Assembly (NCBI GenBank): GCA_951406725.2
Contig: OX597816.1
Coordinates: 86,366,001 to 86,430,000, forward strand
From: Octopus vulgaris
Lineage: Eukaryota
DNA length: 64,000 nt
Reading direction: 5' to 3'
The notes beneath the pieces are model-generated. The model ran no database searches. It had not been told where the DNA came from and saw nothing but the letters and a program-made list of their open reading frames with translations. This document shows positions 55,817 through 64,000 of this stretch, in pieces. The position numbers and the translations under genes are program-made. Numbering within the stretch: the stretch's first letter is position 1; each line of letters begins with the position of its first letter.

Positions 55817-56482
55817 CAAGGATTCCGCGACTTGCGCGAGTTCAACTCGCGCGAAATTCGACTTGCGCGAGCCAACTTTTGATACCGAGTGTTCGGGTTG
55901 CACGAGTTGTATTCTCGACTTGCGCTTGTTGTAAAAATATTTATTATCCAATATTTATTAACAGTGAACTATTAGCGATGGATAAGGAGATTTCTGACGA
56001 AGACACAGGTGATCCTTCGACTTCAGATGGCCCACAAGAAAGACAGTAGTTAAAATTGCAACAGCTGCAGAATATGATGCAGACCTTTGAAAGCTTAAAA
56101 GACCAAATAACGAACTTTGACGAGAACACTGAACAAGTGCAAAGAAATTTGGAACATGATTTTTCTTGTCATAAAAAAATGTTTGATCAACTGAATAAGT
56201 AAATTTATTTGCTATGTATTTTTCTATATTCTGTTTATAATCATTAAACAATTTGAATTACTTTTTGTATTTTGTATTCGTACAAAGCAGTCACCAATAA
56301 AAGTTTTTGGGTTTCAAATAGAAAGAAATTCCATTCAATACTTTCTCCAAGTGTTTCTTTAATATAACAATATTTAGCAGTTATCTCGGAAAATATTTAT
56401 AGAAAACAATATCTGGTACTCGACTTGCGCAAATTTCGACTTGCCCGTCCCCCAATTACTCGTGCAAGTCGAGGAATCCCTG
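55817..56482. mobile_element. pogo/Tigger-like non-autonomous DNA transposon (MITE) with TA target-site duplication
   Basis: TA|caaggattccgcgacttgcgcgag ... ctcgtgcaagtcgaggaatccctg|TA gives ~24 bp TIRs; the subterminal motif cgacttgcgc is repeated. Confidence 0.85.
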
Positions 56483-56864
56483 TATTTCCCTTTTTTGCTT
56501 GATTTCTTTTTCTTTAAATCTCATTCAACCAGTGTGATTGATAACAATCTTTGTTACTGGTCTTAATTATATTTAATGACGTCACTCTGACCAACATCGG
56601 AATTTTGTTCATTTTATTAACAGTTTTTTAAGACTTGTTGACACCACATGCACATATCTGATTTACACGTAAATTACGAGGTAAATGAGAGATAAATTAC
56701 AAGCTAAGTAATGAGAGGTATTGATACATTCGCTGAATTTGCAAGAAATAACAGCCAAGACTTCCTCCACTTAGGTCATACTGTTTTACGAAAGGAACAA
56801 CATAACAGATAATTGGGTCCTCGAGACACTATGCTGAAGATAGAGAACGGGTGGTAAGTGTTGG

Positions 56865-57233
56865 AAAACTTGATATGAGCAATTGTGGGGTAAGGGTGGA
56901 GGTCGATTTTATCGACCTTAGTGATCAATTATGAAAGACGAAAGTACTCGACTACGAAAAATGAAATACAAAGTTATTCTCAGCGGAATTTGAACTCAGG
57001 ATGTAGACAAACGGAATTAGTATTAGTATTCCGAAATCCTAATATTAATACATCTTTAAGGCGGCAAGCTGGCAGAAACGTTAGCAAGCCGGGCAAAATA
57101 CTAAGCGGAATTTCGTCTGTCTTTACATTCCGAGTTCAAATACTGCCGAGGTCGACTTTGCCTTTCATCCTTTCGGGGCCGATAAATTAAGTACCACTTG
57201 CGTACTGGGGTCTATCTAATCGACTGGCCCCAT
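56865..57233 (+). repeat. Left arm of an inverted duplication (contains SINE family B from 57059)
   Basis: Reverse complement of 58901-59246. Confidence 0.9.
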
Positions 57234-57836
57234 ACCCCAAAATTTCGGGGCTCGTGCCTAGCGTAGATAAGAATATCAACACAGCTTTCCCGCTGTCGCG
57301 TGATGATTTTAATTTACAAAAGAAAAATGAATATGTAATGTATCAGTAAATGATACTTACGAAAGGTAAACACATTCCACTAACGTTTCTATTTCATCTC
57401 CTTAATATTAATATTTTTTTTACGGCTGGAGAGAAACCAGTGAAGGTTGGCAAGATTTAAATTTGCTGGTGAATGTTGCCTCGTTTGTAGATTCATATGC
57501 ATGCGATTGTCAAATTCATATTATGTGCAATGAAATTAATAGCTATTCCTTTCAATGAGTGGTGAAAGAAATGCTAGCATTGGCTGCCATTGCTTCTGGC
57601 ACTGAATTTGCAACTGTTTATCTAAAGATGCTCCTTTCCGTGAAACAATTGTGTATGCAATCTAAAGATAGCTTTACAGGCCGATCTTTGAAGCCACTGT
57701 CAATGATGATTTTCTTTAAGAAAAATAAATTCGCACCCTACATAAGTGTAGACTAACACGTCAGATTAATCGAAAATTGTTTTTATTATAAATGAACATA
57801 TGTATATACACACACACACACATATTCATATATATG

Positions 57837-57880
<44 letters not shown>

Positions 57881-58039
57881 GCATGTATGTATGTTTATAT
57901 GCAGCGGCATAAAAATGCTCAAAACCATTCAGTGTTTATTGGAATACTTATTGACTTATGTATATATATTTGTATGTATATATATGTATGTATGTGTGTG
58001 TGTGTGTGTGTGAACCTTTCTTCTCTCTCCTCTTTTGAT

Positions 58040-58073
<34 letters not shown>

Positions 58074-58074
58074 G

Positions 58075-58185
<111 letters not shown>

Positions 58186-58335
58186 GGCGGCGAACTAGCA
58201 GAATCGTTAGCATGCCAGGCGAAATGCTTATGTCTGCCGTTACTTTCTGAGTTTACATTCCGCCAAGGTCGACTTTGTCTGTCATCCTCCCGGGGTAGAT
58301 TAAATAAGTACCAGTTACGCAATGGGGTCCATGTA
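58186..58335 (+). mobile_element. SINE family B, diverged
   Basis: ggcggcgaactagcagaatcgttagc..gtcgactttg..taaataagtaccagtt. Confidence 0.8.
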
Positions 58336-58479
58336 AATATTTGCAGGAGTGTAAACTTTAAGTCCCATGAACCCGCATCAGAGTTGTGAATAATTTATCT
58401 AACACCTGATAAATAAATTGAGAACATTTTTTTTCATTTTTACACGCACTCGTACAACTATACACACACACATACATAA

Positions 58480-58556
<77 letters not shown>

Positions 58557-58757
58557 TTGCAGCACGGACTTTGTCAGTGAGCAAGTCGCGGATTTTAGCG
58601 ACGAAAATATTTTGACAAATTAAACTTAAATGTTGAGGTGAATCGAACGGCTTTTGTGTGTTTCTTAAATGGCATATAAACACCTTCTACGCTGCAATTG
58701 TTTTCGTTTCAGCACACGATCTCAGATCAAATTACTTGCTATGCGAGTACATCTCCG

Positions 58758-58804
<47 letters not shown>

Positions 58805-58900
58805 GCGAGGGAGAGAGAGAGAGAGAGAGAGAATATGAAGGGTTTAGTTTACTGATGATTTAAACGAATAGGTTTGCTGTGTAAGTGCTATAATTGGCTG

Positions 58901-59246
58901 ATGGGGCCAGTCGATTAGATAGACCCCAGTACGCAAGTGGTACTTAATTTGTCGACCCCGAATGGATGAATTTGAACTCAGAATGTAAAGACAGACGAAA
59001 CTTCACTTAGTATCTTGCCCGGCGTGCTAACGTTTCTGCCAGCTCACCGCCTTAAAGATGTATTAATATTAGGATTTCGGAATACTAATACTAATTTCGT
59101 TTGTCTACGTTCTGAGTTTAATTTCAGCTGAGAAGAACTTTTCCTTTCGTCTTTCGTAGTCGAATACTTTCGTCTTTCATAATTGAGTACTAAGGTTGAT
59201 GAAATCGACCTCCACCCTTACCCCACAATTGCCCATATCAAGTTTT
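58901..59246 (-). repeat. Right arm of the inverted duplication
   Basis: Reverse complement of 56865-57233, with a small internal deletion. Confidence 0.9.
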
Positions 59247-59471
59247 ACAATACGTTTTGTTCTCTTACTTTACTATCATCCCATAATCATCTCATAATAA
59301 TGACTTTTATAACCTGTATTACAACCTCAGTCAATCTAAATGTAAATATTTGTCGTTACCTATTATAAATAGCATTTTTCTATTTGCAATATGCATTTTC
59401 GTTCATTTTTCATATTTTACCCTTACATTTCCACGTGTATTTTATATTTTCTTTTCATAACATATTTCTAC

Positions 59472-59502
<31 letters not shown>

Positions 59503-59557
59503 CACCTGAAGAATGACTGTAACTCGAGAATTGAACAGCCATGAAACGATCGTAGTG
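59503..59557 (+). ncRNA. Type I hammerhead ribozyme motif in a ~190 bp solo unit inside (TA)n
   Basis: cac CTGAAGA atgactgt..acagccat GAAA cgatcg TA gtg; homologous to 53675-53737. Confidence 0.8.
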
Positions 59558-59682
59558 TTATATTAATTATCTTTTTTAATAATTTTGATATATATTTAAA
59601 TAATATAAATGAATTAATCTTATGTATTGGCTTAAGTTTTTGATTGTATGATTTGCCTAATAGTGGTTTTATCTCTAATTTA

Positions 59683-59747
<65 letters not shown>

Positions 59748-62696
59748 TACTGCCGATATTTATTGGCTAATCTCTGTTGTAGCAAAAATCGGAAGTATAA
59801 TGCAGCTCCCTACAAATTTGTAGTTGCTAACTTATTGAAAGTAGTTTTGCTTAGAAAGAAAATGAAATCTCCGTATTTCTAAAGCAGACTTACTCATCTA
59901 CACAATCTGTTTGTAGTTTCAGCAACTAAATTAAACGCGTCTAATACCTATTCAGAACGATTTATACACGTGTGTTAAAAAGATTTTAATCCGTGACAAA
60001 AAGGAAATATAGCTACATATGACGGACTTAGGGCTCCAGTACTTCATGTTTTTTGTGTATTCCTATGCATCCGTATCCAAGATTCATTTTCACATGGAAG
60101 AACACGCTGCCACGAGAGAAAATCTGCATGTCCGTACAGGCTTCCCGCAACAGCAGTCCATTTTCAATCAACACACGCACAAATCTATTAAAACACGGTA
60201 GCACATTTATGATGCTGGTAGTTGGGATGTCTCTCACCACTTACCCGCTCCGTCAGGATTAACCTTGCGTTTGGCAATAACAACCAAACAAAACAAGCGC
60301 GTAGCCCATCGCCTAATTTTTTTCCATTGCGATATGCTCGTAACTTTACAAAATGGTACTTAGTCACCCACACATAGGCACCTACACATAAGGCACCCAC
60401 GCATATAAGCATACACACACTGAATCGATAAACTGTATTAATGTCAACCGCATTTTAATATAGCCTTCATCTTCCTTCAATAATATGATTGCAACAACAA
60501 ATATACAATTAGAATATTGATTTTTAATTTTATTACAAGTCAATAATATATACAAAATATTGCACTCGATTACAAAATTAGATTTGTATGCATTTCATCA
60601 GCACCAAAATGCAAATTGATCCCGCTGAGATTTCAAGTTAGACTATTACACGATACTTTTACTTTCGAACCCAGATAATACCTCATCAATATTTTCATGA
60701 TTTGTTTGTTTTTAAATTTCACAGTTGTGGAACGTCAATAATTATTTCACGGAAAAACGTTATATTTACCTTACAAACTGCAGAATTAACTGTTTTACCG
60801 ATAGATGATTCCTCTAAACTAGTTTACCCCCTCCAAATGGCAGTAACAACTGTTTTCAAATAGCTTCACAACAGATGCAAGTGTTATACAGAAAGAAAGC
60901 TTTAGAAATTATCTCGTTATTTTCATTACTTTTCTATTTCATCTTGCAGTTACCCCTATTTTCCTTGTCCTTTAAATAATTCATTCAGTATATAGTTGTT
61001 AAGAGTGAAAAAAATCATGCTTAAGTTTTTCGCTGGAATACAAGTCAAAGTGTCACCAACTGTGATACACAAATGGTGGATTTGCGAAATGAAAGTATGT
61101 ATGAGCATATGCATTACTGTATTTGTTCTTTTTGCCTTCGTAGTTCAGATCCAACAAGGCCCTGCTTGGTGGTAAACTCTCCATAACAACACTGTGCTGC
61201 ACATTGGGTTGCAGGTAGAGGTCTTATGAGTATTTCTTTCTGATTATACGATAAAAATAAATTATATTCTAAATTAATCTTGATTGCAAAATGTAGCAGT
61301 TAGAGGTGGAAATGTTTGAAGAAACAGATATATCAGAATACAGATTGCTCACTTGTGCAAACTTTGGCGACAGATTTGCCATAAATTTTACGATTCCGTC
61401 GTGATTTAAACCTAAAAGATAAACGATTGTAACAGAAATAAGAGGGCATTTGGATGAAATTTGTAATAATTTTATCACCAGCTATTTTGATCCCATCGTG
61501 TATTAAGTAAAAACGGGAATTAGATTTCATCTCTACATGGTACTCATTTTGTGGCGTTCACAACGTTCTGTATGTCGTAAGCGTTATTAAGATAGAAAAG
61601 AAGTATTTTACAACTGAGAATACAAATTTGATCATTAACTCGATTCAAAGAAATTTAGTTTCTATTTGCTTTACAGCACTTGCTGCGCAGAAAAGTTAGT
61701 TAATTTCTGTTCCTTCAGTTATGGAATATATTATATGTCGCATCGGTGTTCATCCAAACAGAAAACGTTAATATTTAACGCTCCAAATATTTATTCAATA
61801 TAAAATATTTCGCTATGTTTCACTATTTTTCTAATTCTCATTTTCGTTTTTTTTTCTGATTCGGGAAATTTGCTTCAAGTACTTAATTTGTGTTATCAAC
61901 AAATTAAATTAAAAGTTGTCTTGTCTAATATGTGCATGAGGGGGAAGAACTATAAGTGGGTGCTGCTGTTTGTAATTATTTTAATTCATTTTTAACTATT
62001 TTACACTATATCCTAACTACCTTATATATGTATACAACTCCAATTAAAGCAATCAACAACTACTAGTGTCTCGGTTCAAGTATTACATTATTGAAAAAAA
62101 ATTCAATGAAAACAAAATGGTAACAACTCACATTTGTACAAGAAAACATTATAAATACAATAATAAATATGGAATCGAATTATATCAATTGATCTGAAAG
62201 CTACCGTGAAGATAACGTATAAGAATGATATCATCAGTATTAAGTGAAACAGAATAGGTTGTATGTAATTCATGTTAAGTTTCGAGAAGTAATGCAAATT
62301 GTAGTATGTAAGAGAAAGTAAAATCTAATTATTACTCCAATTTATTTCGTATAAAGTATATTGATAAGTTACCTCTTAGTCACGTTGCTCAAATTGTCTA
62401 CTTTGGTTGAGACTTTCGTGACAATTTAATTACAAAACTCAACATCATCCGGAAAACAAATATTCAGTATGTCTTAAAATTTTTTCGTTTTTGTTATTTG
62501 GAATCTTTAAAATAAACCTTTTCGATATAGGGTCGATGTTTTGTTTAGGTTAAAATGATTTTGTTTTGAATTTATAGGGGTACTTCGTATATATCTACAA
62601 CATTTAATGTAATAGCATCTTCTCCCTTTGTTCACGGAAAATATTGATTTCAGATCTGTATATATTTATCATACTTAGTAATGCCATAGAGATTGA

Positions 62697-63099
62697 AAAA
62701 AATACTATTCATTTCTGAAGCAACTAATCACATAGACATCATTTATATTAACTTTACCTATGGGAAAATATTGATGATAATATTGATAATATTGATTAAT
62801 ATTTTATAGAAACGCGATTATATATATAATGATACTGAAACATGCCCCTCAATGAAAATTATAATAATAAATATTTCCCTTCGTTCTGTTGCAATATTAC
62901 AAAATATTCATGGTTGTTGTAATATCTGTCTCTGAATTTATTGTAAGTTATTCTTACCTTTTAGCTTTATAGATGTGCTGTTAAGATTATAAAATATTAA
63001 TCAATATTATCAATATTATCATCAATATTTTCCCATAGGTAAAGTTAATATAAATGATGTCTATGTGATTAGTTGCTTCAGAAATGAATAGTATTTTTT
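62697..63099. repeat. Apparently perfect ~112 bp inverted repeat with a ~179 bp spacer
   Basis: 62697-62808 is the reverse complement of 62988-63099. Confidence 0.95.
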
Positions 63100-64000
63100 A
63101 ATTACATGAGAGACTGTATATTGTACACTGATTTTCCAATACATATTTCGAACATTTTTGGGACAAATCGCCTTATTAAGACTTGATATTTCACATTCAA
63201 ATCCTTTGTGATTAGTCTGGCGCAAATCAACTTATTAACCCTTTAACTGTTTTGTAAATGTCAACATAATAACTAAGCAACTAGCCATTTACACGCACAC
63301 GCATGTATATATCATTACAGTTGTGACTATTTCAGGTAGAAAAGATTTTCTCAAGTGATTTTCATTTTTATATTTTTCTCTGGCTTTCTATTTGTGTAAG
63401 ATATATACCTATGGGACTGTGTGTGTGTGAAAAAAAAATCACTATGTTTATCAATTGTCAACAGGGCATAACTACAGATTTCTGCACCCCTCCACCGATA
63501 TTAGATGATCATAACTTTCAGTAAAATGAATTTTCAAATGATTTTTTTTTACGAATATGCGTTATAGCATTTACATTCTGAATATGCAAAATTTGGTGGG
63601 GGAGATTTTCGGAAAATTAACCGGAGTTCTCTTCAATTCGCTTAATTTTCAGGATACTAGATATTTTAAATTAAAACCATCTAGAAATATACCCCGGACT
63701 ATGAAGATTCTGAGCATATAGAAATTTGGGGTGGAAATCAATTGGTGGTTATTTACTTCAAATTGTTTCGGAACAAAACTTCCATATTTTCTCTCTTTTG
63801 TGTGTTTGTGCATCCGTACATTTCTACTGAAACATCAGGCAATGAAGGCAAATAAAGCCCTCACCAGAAAACTCATGCTATAAATAACAGCTACATGTCT
63901 GGTACACAGATATCTATTATTAAGACGACTTATCTGTTGCATACGTTTTGTTTTTTTGTTTTCACTTTAAGTAAATTCCCAGGTAAACGTTTCTAATAGA

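Noticed and set aside
61143-61215. Possible host exon (pyrimidine tract-AG ... CAG/GTAGAG)
   Set aside because: Short, no recognisable peptide and no neighbouring exons; needs RNA evidence.

Overview
AT-rich, microsatellite-saturated eukaryotic DNA with no host exon that I can support. The tRNA-derived SINE families and repeat landscape resemble a coleoid cephalopod, probably Octopus (inference). Nearly all short ORFs in the track are microsatellite artefacts. The main element is a near-intact ~4.5 kb Penelope-like retroelement (PLE, Neptune-type RT + Zn-finger linker + C-terminal GIY-YIG) at 18471-23031, inserted in (TA)n. It has ~450 bp direct pseudo-LTRs and an inverted 5' cap with a 22-bp snap-back hairpin. 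It also carries an extra upstream ORF1 that joins an ATG-less RT frame at a T-TTT-TTA-G slippery site, and a minimal hammerhead ribozyme with a compensatory U3-A8 core variant in each pLTR. At least four more hammerhead motifs sit in PLE remnants or short solo units next to (TA)n. The rest is a cluster of R4/Dong-type RLE retrotransposons nested in (TAA)n (34-44 kb), RTE, L1/Tx1 and CR1 remnants, a pogo/Tigger-like MITE, a mariner remnant, Helitron-like pieces, three SINE families and several inverted repeats.
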